Below, one piece after another: positions 50,233 to 62,365 of a stretch of 64,000 nt of DNA; position 1 is the first letter of the stretch, and the number at the start of each line of letters is the position of its first letter. This DNA comes from Octopus sinensis (lineage: Eukaryota): assembly GCF_006345805.1 (NCBI RefSeq), contig NC_042998.1:105400001-105464000 (forward strand), written 5' to 3'. The translations under genes were made by a program, and so were the position numbers. Under the pieces are notes generated by a model. The model saw only the letters and a program-made list of their open reading frames with translations. It did no database searches and was not told the DNA's origin.

Positions 50233-50933
50233 TGAAAGGAAGCAACAGAAAGTAACAACCACACTCTTATCCGCGCGCAGAGCGGGTCACCTTCAGCTAG
50301 TATATATATATAATTATATATTATATATATATACATTATATTTATATATATCATCATCATCATCATCATCGTTTAGCGTCCGTTTTCCATGCTAGCATGG
50401 GTTGGACGGTTCTACTGGGGTCTGTGAAGCCAGAAGGCTTCATCAGGCCCAGTCAAATCTGGCAGTGTTTCTACGGCTGGATGCCCTTCCTAACGCCAAC
50501 CACTCCGTGAGTGTAGTGGGTGCTTTTTACGTGCCACCCGCACTGGTGCCAGACAGAGCTGGCAAACGGCCACGAACGGATGGTGCTTTTTATGTGCCAC
50601 CGGCACGAGGGCCAGGCGAGGCTGGCAACGGACACGAAACGGAAAGTTCTCTTACATGCCACCGGCACTGGTAACACATCTGCAATTTCCATTGATCGAT
50701 TTCCATTGATCGATTTCGATTCTGATCGTCACTTGCCTCAACGGGTCTTCACAAGCAGAGTTTTGACATGCCACCGGCACTGGTAGCACATCCGCAATTT
50801 CCATTGATCGATTTCGATTCTGATCCTCACTTGCCTCATCACGTTTTCACAAGTAGAGTTTTGTGTCCCAAGAAGGGAAGGTATGCATACGTAGGCTGGC
50901 TCCATCCCATGTAGAAGGCCACGGGTTATGGAC

Positions 50934-52340
50934 TCACTTGTCCTGCCGGGTCTTCTCGCGCACAGCACACTTCCAGAGGTCTCGGTCTCTAGTCATTTCC
51001 TCAGTGAGACCTAAAGTTCGAAGGTCGTGCTTCACCACCTCGTCCCAGGTTTTCCTGGGTCTGCCTCTTCCACAGGTTCCCTCAACCGCTAGGGTGTGGC
51101 ACTTTTTCACACAACTATCTTCATCCATTCTCGCCACATGACCATACCAGCGCAAACGTCTCTCTTGCACACCACAACTGATGCTTCTTAGGTCCAGCTT
51201 TTCTCTCAAGGTACTTACACTCTGCCGAGTGTGAGTACCGGCATTACACATCCATTGGAGCATACTGGCTTCATTTCTAGCGAGCTTACGCATATCCTCA
51301 GCAGTCACGGCCCATGTTTCACTGCCATGTAGCATGGCTGTTCGTACACACGCATCATACAGTCTGCCTTTCACTCTGTGCGAGAGGCCTTTTGTCACCA
51401 GTAGAGGTAAGAGCTCTCTGAACTTTGCCCAAGCTATTCTTACTCTAGCAGTTACACTTTCAGCACACCCGCCCCCGCTGCTGACTTGGTCACCTAGGTA
51501 ACGGAATCTATCAACTATTTCTAGTTTTTCTCCCTGGAAAGTGACGGAAGTTGGTCTCAGAGCATTTTCAGTGTTTATTGTTCCTGAGCATCTGCCACAT
51601 ACAAAAACCATCTTCCTAGTTAGCCTTCCTTTGACATTGCTGCATCTCTTATGTGTCCATAGCTTACACTTGGTGCATCTTATAGAGTTTCTACCTACAC
51701 CTTTTCTACAGATCAAGCAGGGCCATCTACCTGAAGGTGCTTGTGATTTGTCTACCTTCCTACTGATTACGACTTTGGTTTTAGCTAGATTGACTCTGAG
51801 GCCCTTCGATTCTAATCCTTGTTTCCACACCTGAAACTTCTCCTCCAGTTCTGATAGCGACTCAGCAATTAGAGCAAGGTCATCAGCATAGAGGAGCTCC
51901 CAAGGGCATCCTGTCTTGAATTCCTCCGTTATTGCCTGGAGGACTATGATAAATAGGAGGGGGCTGAGTACTGAGCCTTGATGGACTCCTACCTCTACCC
52001 GGAATTCTTCACTGTACACATTTCCAACCCTCACCCTACTAGCGGCGTCCCTGTACATGGCCCGCACAGCTCTCACTAACCATTCATCTATCCCTAGTTT
52101 CCTCATTGCCCACCAGATAAGGGATCGGGGGACCCTGTCGAAGGCTTTCTCCATGTCAACAAAAGCCAGGTACAGGGGCTTATCTTTGGCTAGGTATTTC
52201 TCCTGCAGCTGCCTTACCAGGAATATAGCATCAGTAGTACTTTTCCCTGGCACAAACCCAAACTGCATCTCATCTAAACTAACTCTCTCTCTAATTAGTT
52301 GGGCTATGACCCTCTCCGTAACCTTCATCACCTGGTCCAA
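50934..52340 (-). pseudogene. RTE ORF: reverse transcriptase and C-terminal part
   Basis: QFGFVPGKST, AFVDMEKAFD, GVHQGSVLSPLLF, LLYADDL, FRYLG, RLRWYGHV; separated from the upstream part by two indels near 52405 and 52478. Confidence 0.95.
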
Positions 52341-52473
52341 CAGCTTGATACCTCTGTAGTTATTTGTATCTAGGGCATCACCTTTACCTTTGTAGCAGTT
52401 GACTATATTATACTGCTACACCAGTCATTGGGTATGACCCCTTTGTGTATCACCTGATTAACTATACGGGTGA

Positions 52474-53640
52474 CTAGCTATAGCCGACACTACCAGACAT
52501 TTTGAGCATCTCTGCAGTGATTCCTGATGGGCCTGGGGCGTTCCCTGTCTTCATGCTTCTAATTGCCTTAGCTACCACGGAACTATCAACTCGGATAGCT
52601 GGTCCCTCTGTTGGGTCAACATTCGGCAGACTCTCTTTATCCCATTCATTTTCTTCATTCAGCAACCTTTCATAGTGGCATCTCCAAACCTCTCTCTTTG
52701 CATCCTCATTTAGCGCAAGTGAACCATCTTCCATGCGAACACACTTCTCTCCTACCACATCACAATTCTCTCTCACACACTGTCTTGCAACACGAAACAC
52801 CTCCAGTCTTTGGTCCTCACGGCGCAGAACATTGGCAAATTTTTTCTTATCTGCTTCCCCTCTGGCTAAATAAACCTGTCTCCTAGCTTCTCTTTTGGCA
52901 GTCTGATACAAGCCCCTGCTACCCCCATTTTTCCAAACCTTCCAAGCCTGTCTCTTTTCTCTAATAGCCCTGTCTACAATATTGTTCCACCACCACGTTA
53001 TTCTAGGTCGAGAGGGGACTTTGCACCAGCCACAGATCTGGTCAGTGGCTCTCAGCAGGTTGTCCCTTAGAAACGTCCAGCTGTCTTCTACCCCCTGTGA
53101 TGCTCTATCCCCTTCTACTTCGTCAGAGGCTTCAAGTAATATGTCCCTAAATCTCTGTCCATTTGCAGGATCTTTAAGCTTCCAGATCCTTCTTCTCCAT
53201 ATTTGTCGTCTTCTGGTTGTCCTCCTAGTCCTGATCCTAAAGTCACTAACTACCAGTCTATGTTGTGGGGTACATTCTTCACCTGGGAAGGTTTTGGCAT
53301 TTATAAGCAGCCATCTCTCCCTTTGCCTTGTAAGGATGTAGCCAATTTGGCTGGTATGTTGGCCCGATTGGTAAGTGACTAGGTGGCTGGTAGGTTTCCT
53401 GAAGTTAGTGTTGCAAATCATAAGATTATTTGCATCGCAGAACTCCAGCAGCCTGGTTCCCTCCTCGTTGCGGGAGCCATAGCCATAGCCTCCATGTACG
53501 CCATGGAAGCCCCCAGCATGTCGTCCAACGTGACCATTGAAGTCACCAGCCACAAAGATAAGGTCTCTGTCGTTCGTCAACGAGGTAGTCTGCAGTAGAG
53601 TGTCATAGAATCGGTCTTTCTGTCCATCGGGTAGCCCCGA
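52474..53640 (-). pseudogene. RTE ORF: AP-endonuclease C-terminal half and linker
   Basis: FVAGDFNGHVG, RNEEGTRLLEFC, SQIGYIL, QHRLVVSD, WWWNN, APGPSGITAEML. Confidence 0.93.
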
Positions 53641-53672
53641 TATATATAATTATATATTATATATATATACAT

Positions 53673-53734
<62 letters not shown>

Positions 53735-54360
53735 TATATATATATACATACATACATGTTTGATATAATTCCCTATCTATAGGTGTTCTGTGAATTCTAT
53801 GCTTTAATAATGTAAAAGAAAAGTCTTTAGCTGAATACTGGTGCATGATATGCAAATTTAAGAGGTGACTGCTGACTCTTAATAATATTCTATTATTTCA
53901 TAAATCCTGCATACTCATTGTTAATTATCATCATTATGGTCATCGTCGTCATCATCACCATTATTATTTTACACCTGTTTCCCATGCTAGCAATAGGTTC
54001 TTGAAAGGATTCCAGTAGTCAGGGTCTGCATATATTTGGAGATATTGCTTCGACCCCGATGATTTGGGGGACCCTGTGTTATTTACATTTCTTCTTTTTT
54101 TTTTGCTTAGCTTGCACAATGGACACCCTTTCTAACATCAATTACTTTACATATATTTCACTGGCATATGTTTCATGGCGCCTGAGATAAAGAAGCAGCT
54201 CTATCCTTGACATGAGTAAAAGAACCCCATAACTTTGTGTTTATGCTCACATGCTATCCTCTTTACATTTGGTTTCAGAATTTGCCCATGATTAAATTCA
54301 TTCCTTGACCATAATAAAAATAGACAATATATCTTTTGAAAATTGAAAAACTAAAATAAT

Positions 54361-54412
54361 AATTGAAGACAACAACTATATATATATATATATATAGTTG
54401 TTGTCTTCAATT
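54361..54412. repeat. Perfect 52-bp palindrome centred on (TA)10
   Basis: aattgaagacaacaac-(ta)10-gttgttgtcttcaatt. Confidence 0.95.
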
Positions 54413-55700
54413 TGTATTTTTATTTGTATTTTTATTTGTATTGCTTCTACGTCCTGTTCTTGTCACAATTTTTCTTTCCTTGTTTTTACCCCTCTGCAAA
54501 GGAATTTTATTTAATTCTTTTGCAGGAAGGACTGGTTCTACGGGTCGTGTTCTGTCCTTACCTTCGAAACACGCATGGAGTCGAACCAGGGACAGCTGAT
54601 GAAGGGGAATATTCCTTGTATTGTTTGTCTTGTACTCTTTATTTTCGTTGTTAAAAAAAGTCCGTTTCCATGTTTGTTTTTATGTTTTCGTTTCTCGTTG
54701 AGTTCTACGTCTATTTGTGGTGTCCTGTACCCATATATATATATATATATATTTATATGCATGTATATATACATGTAGATGTAGGTACGTACATATATGT
54801 ATGTATGTATGCATATATTTTATTTATTAAATTACTGTATGACTGAGCGCCCTCGCGTCGTTTCGTTTCTTTTCTTTTCTCCAAGTAAGTTTTTATATAA
54901 AATTATGACACGAAACTCTGTAACCCTTTGCTTGACCTTTCCTTCCTTTCTTCCTTCCTGTCTGTCTTCCTCTTTGCCTGTCTCTCCCCTTCTTATTTTT
55001 CACCTTTTTCTGGTTTCCTTTCCTCTCTATCTCTCTTTCTCTCTCACTCCTCCTCATCTCTCTCACTGCCGAGTCGACCAACTTCCTTTCACTCGCTGCC
55101 TTCTACAAGTCAACACAACTTTTTTCTTGCACTCTGAATTTTTCCCTCGACTAGGCTTAAAAAAAGGCCCTCAATATTGGTTTCCTTGTCCTGTTTTTAT
55201 TCTTCATGTGTACTGTATTTTTTTGTATTTGTATTTTTATTTGTATTGCTTTTACATCCTGTTCTTGTCACATTTTTTTTCCTTTCCTTGTTTTTACCCC
55301 TCTGTAAAGGAATTTTATTTAATTCTTTTGCAGGAAGGATGGGTCAGACAGGTCGTGTTCTGTCCTTACCTTCGAAACACGCATGGAGTCGAACCAGGGA
55401 CAGCTGATGAAGGGGAATATTCCTTGTATTGTTTGTCTTGTACTCTGTTTTTCGTTGTTAAAAAAAGTCCGTTTCCATGTTTGTTTTTATGTTTTCATTT
55501 CTCATTGAGTTCTACGTCTATTTGTGGTGTCCTGTACTCATATATATATATATATATGCATGTATATATACATGTAGATGTAGGCACGTACATATATGTA
55601 TGTATGTATGCATATATTTTATTTATTAAATTATTGTATGACTGAGCGCCCTCGCGTCGTTTCGTTTCATTTCTTTTCTTTTCTCCAAGTAAGTTTTTAT
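54410..55700 (+). mobile_element. Non-coding repeat with direct repeats 808 bp apart (pLTR-like or retrozyme-like)
   Basis: 54410-54897 resembles 55222-55700 around a CT-rich spacer; each copy carries ccttcgaaac..ctgatgaagggg. Confidence 0.7.
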
Positions 55701-56186
55701 GTATACATATATATATATATATATTGGGGGGGGGGTGACTTTCCAGAAATATTCTAGCAATTTTGATCCTAATGTGATTTCTGCAATACAATTGTAGTTT
55801 ATATTGTAATTCAAAGTAATGATCTTTCTATTATTCTGTTGTGACTTGAAATGAAAATCAATAGTTACATATAATTAATGGGCCTAAATTACAGTCTTCT
55901 ACAGGATGGTTTTTATACATAGCTTTTGATTTTGGAAATATCAATCTAAATTTAATTGCTGTCTTAAAGTGAACATTCTCTAGATAATTTTGAATATATA
56001 GTTGATTTTGATTTTAATTGGACATACTGGACTGAAAACAGACACAATGTCCAAACCTTAACATACCAGACAAGGCTGGTCATATATATTATCACACATC
56101 CATTCATTGGAGGAAATAAATAGTTCATTTGTTTCAAAAATAAAATAGACAGATCCAGATTAATAGTAATAATAATAATAATAATA

Positions 56187-56230
<44 letters not shown>

Positions 56231-56239
56231 AATCCTTTC

Positions 56240-56402
56240 TACTATAGGCACAAGGCCTGAAATTTTTTGGCAGGGTAAGTCGATTACATCAACCCCAGTG
56301 CAAAACTGGTACTTAATTTATCAACTCTGTAAGGATGAAAGTCAAAGCTGACCTCAACAGAATTTGAACTCAGAATGTAGTAATGGGCAAAATATTGCTA
56401 CA
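56240..56402 (-). mobile_element. SINE family M (partial)
   Basis: gtcgattacatcaaccccagtgc..aaggatgaaagtcaaagctgacctc..gaatttgaactcagaatg. Confidence 0.8.
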
Positions 56403-56479
56403 TGAGAGTGAACATGAATTTCGATCAAGAACAGCCAATGTGAGAGAAGAAACCCTACTTTATATGAAATTACATGGTC

Positions 56480-57290
56480 ACTTCCACTGTAAAACTAACA
56501 ATTAAAAAAAAAAACAAGAAGCATCATTCAGGTAGCTCAACAAGGTGACCTAAAAAAGAAGACTGAAAGCCTAATCATCGCTGCCAAGTCCGGGCATTGA
56601 ATACCAGCTCAGAGAAAAAAATATATATATATCACACGAGTGCATCAGACTTCTGCAGAATGTATGGGAAGAGGGTCAAAGCATGACTAACATTGTTAAT
56701 GCTTGTGAAAGTCTTGCACACAAAAAGTACAAGCATAGACATGACATGGTAGCTCAAAGTCTCCACTGGCTACTATACCATTAGTATGAATATGAAGTTA
56801 CAGGTGCTTGGTGCCAGCATACACCAGAAAAGGTAATGGATGAAAAGGGAAGGCAAAACCCCTCTAGGACTTTGATTTCCAGACAGACAAGGTGTTAGAG
56901 CACTGAAGGCCAGATATAGTAACCTTTAGGAGGGACAAACAAGAGTGCCTAATAATTGATGTGGCAGTGCTAAGAGATCAGCATATCATCATGAAAGAAA
57001 GAGAAAATGATTAATATGGAGACCTGAGTATTGAGATCGCTAAGATGTGGCAGCTACAACAGTCAAACATAAAGGTTATCCCTATTGTCATCAGAGCATT
57101 GGGTTCAATACCACTCAATCTGAAAAAACATCTGAAAACCTTAGAAATACCCTACAATCTAGATGTTTTGCAAAAGTTGGCATTACTTAGAACTGCACAC
57201 ATATTGCATAAAATATTGTCTGTCTGAGTTCCTTGTCGTGACTTGAAAAGCAGTACAAAATCCTGGTAGACAAAATATCTTCAATCAACA
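56480..57290 (+). mobile_element. R4/Dong-like LINE 3' end (RLE endonuclease), degraded
   Basis: GDLKKKTESLIIAA, KYKHRHDMVA, IDVAV, EIAKMWQL..KVIPIVIRALG..LQKLALLRTAHILHKIL. Confidence 0.85.
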
Positions 57291-57394
57291 ACCTCACGAT
57301 ATTGTATACTGTGTGCCATCTATAATAATAATGAGGATGATGATGATGATGATGATACCAGTCAATGTACACCACAAGAACAGAAAGAAAATAA

Positions 57395-57960
57395 ATGACA
57401 TCATGACAACATAGCAAGGATTGTCTATTGGACATTTTGACAGAGCAAAAAAGTGGCACGAACATAAACCTGAAGGCATCATCAAAAATGACAATGCAAA
57501 GATCCTATGGGATTTTACGATTCAGTGCGACCATGATATAGAGAATAGGAAACCAGACATAGTGCTAATTGAGAAAGAAGGTAAACGATGCTGGATCATA
57601 GATATAGTGTGCCCAGCTGACAACAAGATATGCAATAAGGAAGAAAGAAAAGTCGATAGATATGACAGGTTAGCTTGGGAGGTTAAGCAATTTTGGTCAC
57701 TGAGAAAGGTGGTAGTAATACCAATAGTTGTTGGAGCCCTGGGAACAGTGAGTAAAAATCTTGAGAAGTACATGGAACAAATAGGGGCTGTGATAAGGGT
57801 GAAGCATTTGCAGAAAACAGCACTGCTTGGAATCACTTGAATACTCCGGATGGTACTCCAAAAATAAGGGGTTGTTACCTTAGTTCACTGATAGTGAACA
57901 GCTGACACTGTAGTATATCTTCAGTGTTAGAAGCTGTGCAAAGACAATAAAATAATAATC
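57395..57960 (+). mobile_element. Second R4/Dong-like LINE 3' end, different subfamily
   Basis: KWHEHKPE..KILWDFTIQCDH..NRKPDIVLIEK..IIDIVCP..K..Y (PD-D/E-xK nuclease); (TAA)-rich tail. Confidence 0.9.
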
Positions 57961-58088
57961 ATAATAATCTCTGCTGTACCACATCTGTAACAGAGTGGAC
58001 AAAACCATTGTCCATATCAGGAATGAATGCCCTATACTTGGGGATTCTGCCAGCTTGCCACCTTAATAACAACAGCAACAACAACAAC

Positions 58089-58119
<31 letters not shown>

Positions 58120-58257
58120 TGATGCATGTACCTGGTGTATCTTTATCAGACAGGTAGTCATGATGGGTATACTGGGCTTCATATAATTGTACACCAGTGT
58201 CACTTTGATGGCATGCACTGCTCTCTCACTCAATAATAATAATGATGATAATAATAC

Positions 58258-58490
58258 CCCCTTTCTACTATAGGCACAAGGCTTGGAATTTGATGGGAAT
58301 GGGATAGTTGATCACATCAACCCCAGTACATGACTGATACTTAATTTATTGACCTCAAATGGATGAAAGGCAAAGTCGACCTTGATGGAATTTGAACTCA
58401 GAATGTAGCGGTGGGTGAAATACTGCAAAGCATTTCACGGTGGGTGAAATACTGCAAAGCATTTCACCCAATATGCTAACGATTCTGCCA
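58258..58490 (-). mobile_element. SINE family M with an internal ~29-bp tandem duplication
   Basis: Family M core; ggtgggtgaaatactgcaaagcatttcac occurs twice. Confidence 0.8.
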
Positions 58491-58984
58491 ATAATAGCTT
58501 CATGTTTGTTTACCTTCATAAAATAATAATATTGAAAGGCAAGCAGCTGTGAAATTTTGCCTTTTAGGGAATAGGACCAACATTTATTAATGAACCTTCA
58601 CCCCAACCCTTTGGCTTTCCAGCTTCTACAACAGTGTACTAACTAAACTTTACTCTCTTGTAGGCTCTATCTGGGATGATGAATAAACTGTTTTGTACTT
58701 CATGGTTTTTAGAATCTATGATTTAAGTAGTGTTTGAGACTTGTAGATGTGTGTAAATAATTCTTAGCATTTATCCACCTCATTACTGAGAACTTCTGTA
58801 CCTCCATAAAACATAACAAAACCTGGTACAAGACTTCTGATGATTTATTTTTCAACATAGTCCCCCTCGATGGCTGAACACTCTGAGCAACATATAAACA
58901 GTAGCAGCATGACATCATGAAGTATATTTGCCACCTAAATGTGGCTAATATATATATATATACTTACATACATACATATATATA

Positions 58985-60330
58985 CTAGCAAATGCACCCG
59001 TCCTTTGAACAGTATAAGTTGTTTTGGTGGTATTTTTTCACCAAAAAATAGAATTACCAAGAAGCTTTATGAGTAGCACACCAATCTATGTTTCTGATTA
59101 ACCTAGGAACAGAAAACCAAATTGAAGGCTGGTTATTGTAGAGGTCGTCGCACTTTAATGATCATAGAACATATAAGTTTACAAGTGATGCAAAGTAGAG
59201 CTACTGAAGTGCTTTGGGAGTAGATTACGAATGACTACAAAATATAGTTGTTTTACAAGAAAGGGACATTTCTTGTCAGAACAGCCACACAAACAGTGTA
59301 AGGAAATTGAAGCAAGACATTGAAACTTCCCCTCTGCGAGTTTAATTTACTCAACAGCAAAGGGAGCTATTTTTTCGGAGAGAAGTATGATTGGTATGTT
59401 CAAAAATAGCAATATAATACCTACTTGAAAAAGAAGAGTTAAAGGAATGTATTTGCTACGTGCTTACAGTGTACCACTACTCTGAAATTGACTTCAGGTA
59501 ATGAAAAATGAAGATACAAAGAGTTTGACTTCAGTTCACGGATACAGCTTTGAATCTTTAGTTTACAGTGAAAAGAGGTCACATTCGAAATATCATAAGG
59601 GATGAGTAGAGAAGCTTCCTTAAAGTGACACTGGAAGGTAAACAAAGGTATCAACAAATAGAAGAGAGGGAAGGGAACAGCACCTTTCAAACAACTCAGA
59701 ATATCTAAAGGTAGCAAGCCAAAGTTTAATGCAGTTTAAATATGGAGATTAAGATTGTTTGGTATTGGATATTCATCCTGTACAGTGTTCCCAGTCAATT
59801 TAATCACTGTCACACGTGGACAGTCAAAGTAAATAAATATTCTCTAACCAAGTAACAATACACCAAGTAATAATATTCTCTAACCAAGTAATAATACACA
59901 ACATATAAATAATAACAGGTGGACAGTCGAAATAAACAAATAGACAAAATCCTTTCAGTTTATATTATTCTCTAACCAAGTGATAATACACAATTACAAC
60001 ATATAAATAAATAATAAATCAAAAAATGTGAAAACCACTAAAAAATTATTCTCTAATGTCAATATTTGACCATATAGATTAAAAAGTATGGAAGACCCTA
60101 AATACAAAAAACTATGTACATACAACGAATTAGAGAAAAGCCCACGTAAACCACTGTTTTTATGGTTTATTCATTTACGCAGGAGCTCTAGGTAAACTGT
60201 TAGTGTATGACCATCCTTGAGACATAAATAATGTGTATGTAAAGTTTGGTGAAAATCGGTTGAGAATTGTGGAAATGTATCCATTAATCAATATACACAC
60301 ACATATTGTGATTTATATACACTATATATA
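58985..60330 (-). mobile_element. Non-autonomous Helitron-like element
   Basis: Plus-strand a|ctagc..acccgtcctttgaacagt is an inverted CTAG end with a degraded hairpin; far end has tccacaattctcaaccgattttcaccaaactt near a TA-rich start. Confidence 0.6.
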
Positions 60331-61006
60331 TATCAAACACATACATAAATATACATAATTATTCTGTATTTTTGTCTAAACAAATACAAAAAATGAATGA
60401 AATCATTCCGTTTGATTGGTATCTTCCACTGTTTTTATACATCTCACTACATCAAGTAAGCTACAATCACACAAATCTACTAATTTTCTCTCTCTACTCA
60501 ACTCATTGTTCTTACTTCAATAAATAATAATTAAAAACTAGCTAGATGAGAAGAAAAAGAGTAATGAGATCATTTGATGACTATTATAGGTGCTTACATC
60601 CAACATGAATCAGAATATCAGTCTAGTGCACATTAACTCTATCAATGCAGTTGGCAGTGTTTAAAATTTCGTAGTAGCATATATTGATTTTTGTAAGTGG
60701 ATTTACAGTTTGTTGCCATTCACTTAGTAAACTACTCTTCACTGTACTGCAATATTTTATTATAAGAAAACTATTATAACAAACTGTCTTGGCGATGGTT
60801 GTAAAGACGTTATCTTCTCAAGATATAATGCTATATATTACTACAATCATGGTTGCATAATTGCTGATTATTGAATGTTCAATGTTGGGGAACTCTTTCA
60901 CAAAGTTCAGAGACATTAAAACTTTACCTCATGGACTATATTTAAGAAAGTGATATGTATGTGTAGGCCATCTATAAGCAGGTAAGCATAAACTCAGACT
61001 TATATA

Positions 61007-61050
<44 letters not shown>

Positions 61051-61286
61051 GTAGATAGATATATAAGTATATATGTATATTGTACATGTATATGTATGCA
61101 TATATATATACATATATATATATGTATGTATATACAAACACGCACACACACACACACATACACACATATGCATATTTTATGTCTTTGCTTAGGCACAGCT
61201 ATACTAAAACCTAGTTGCTTGTTAGAGCTCAATATACTTATGGTTTAGAGTAAAGCATTAGGTTAGTGCAGAGTGCAGTAATGGCT

Positions 61287-61442
61287 GACAAGAGAACAGG
61301 AGTTATGTAATCACTTTCATTAGCTAACATCTGTTTCTGCTATAAGAAGAAGTGCATCTAGCTCAAAGTGCACAGCTTCTTATAGCAGAAACAGCTGTGA
61401 GCTAATGAAGGTGATTAATTATGTAACTCCTGTTTTCTTGTC
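61287..61442. repeat. 156-bp foldback element
   Basis: ~63-bp arms gacaagagaacaggagtta..ctgtttctgctataagaag / cttcttatagcagaaacag..taactcctgttttcttgtc. Confidence 0.88.
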
Positions 61443-61450
61443 TTTCATGA

Positions 61451-61483
<33 letters not shown>

Positions 61484-61571
61484 ATATAGATATAGATAGA
61501 TAGACAGATAAATAGATAGATAGATAGATAGATAAATTTTCATGTATGTATACATACAAACAAACACACAC

Positions 61572-61626
<55 letters not shown>

Positions 61627-62119
61627 GTAAATGTAGAGTGTTGGAATAAGTGCTCAACACTGCATTAGTGGATAAATAATGTCTTTATTTGTGAATTAAG
61701 GCTACCATTGGTTTCATGTTAAGAAGAGAAGGAAAATATCCAAGTATCTTAGCAATTTTTCAAGCTGATTACTTGGAGAAAGTTGTTCACTTCCATTTAG
61801 GAAAACACTGTAAGTATTATGAAGTCTATGCTTTACTGAGGAGGGGTAATAAAGCAGAAACATCATCAATTGGTTCCTGTACTTCTCAGAATGATTAATG
61901 TCATTGTAGTCATAAAGCTAATATTTGCTTTTCTCACTTCGTTGGCTTTTCTAATTAGATTGTCAAAGTTTTATATTAAATATGTTTACCCCAGTTTAAC
62001 TTCAATGTAAATTTCATCTCTGATTTATTAACCTTGACATTTTGTATTACTCACATCATTGGATCTGCTGTGTGTGTGTGTGTGTGTGGTGTGTGTGTGT
62101 GTGTGTGTGCGTGTGTGTG

Positions 62120-62365
62120 CATGCATGTGTGTATGTATGTCCTTGTCATGGCATCATGTAACAGTTGTAAACAACTATTATTATCATATGAGCAGTGACA
62201 TTCATTTTCAATCTTCCATGAAAACATGTCTAGGCATAAGAAAATACTACCATATTTGGAAACAGGTGAAAATTGGCAACAGGAAGGACATCCAGCCATA
62301 GAAAATCTGCCACGACAAATCCCATATGATCCATGAAAATTTGGGATAATGGATGTTAATATAAA
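62120..62365 (+). mobile_element. SINE 3' part with an RTE-like tail
   Basis: ttcaatcttccatgaaaacatgtc..ggaaacaggtga..ggcaacaggaaggacatccagccatagaaaa, sharing the gaagggcatccagccgtagaaa tail motif with the RTE. Confidence 0.55.

Larger units (their letters stand above)
48218..50300 (+). mobile_element. Non-autonomous Helitron with both termini
   Basis: A|TC 5' start (tctctctatatataaaa.. then tccgattcgctccaaaattt); 3' hairpin ccgc-gcgcaga-gcgg 11 nt before CTAG|T; no TSD. Confidence 0.75.
50350..53640 (-). mobile_element. Young 5'-truncated RTE-clade LINE (~3.3 kb)
   Basis: Partial APE, RT, ~580-bp 3' UTR and (GAT)n tail; TA-rich runs on both sides. Confidence 0.96.

Noticed and set aside
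50425-50455. cctgatgaagcc in the RTE 3' tail as a hammerhead half
   Set aside because: No matching GAAA-stem III-NUH nearby, and other RTE copies read cctggtgcagcc at this position
54797-55645. 282-aa ORF
   Set aside because: Runs through CT-rich and T-rich repeat sequence; biased composition and no recognisable motif
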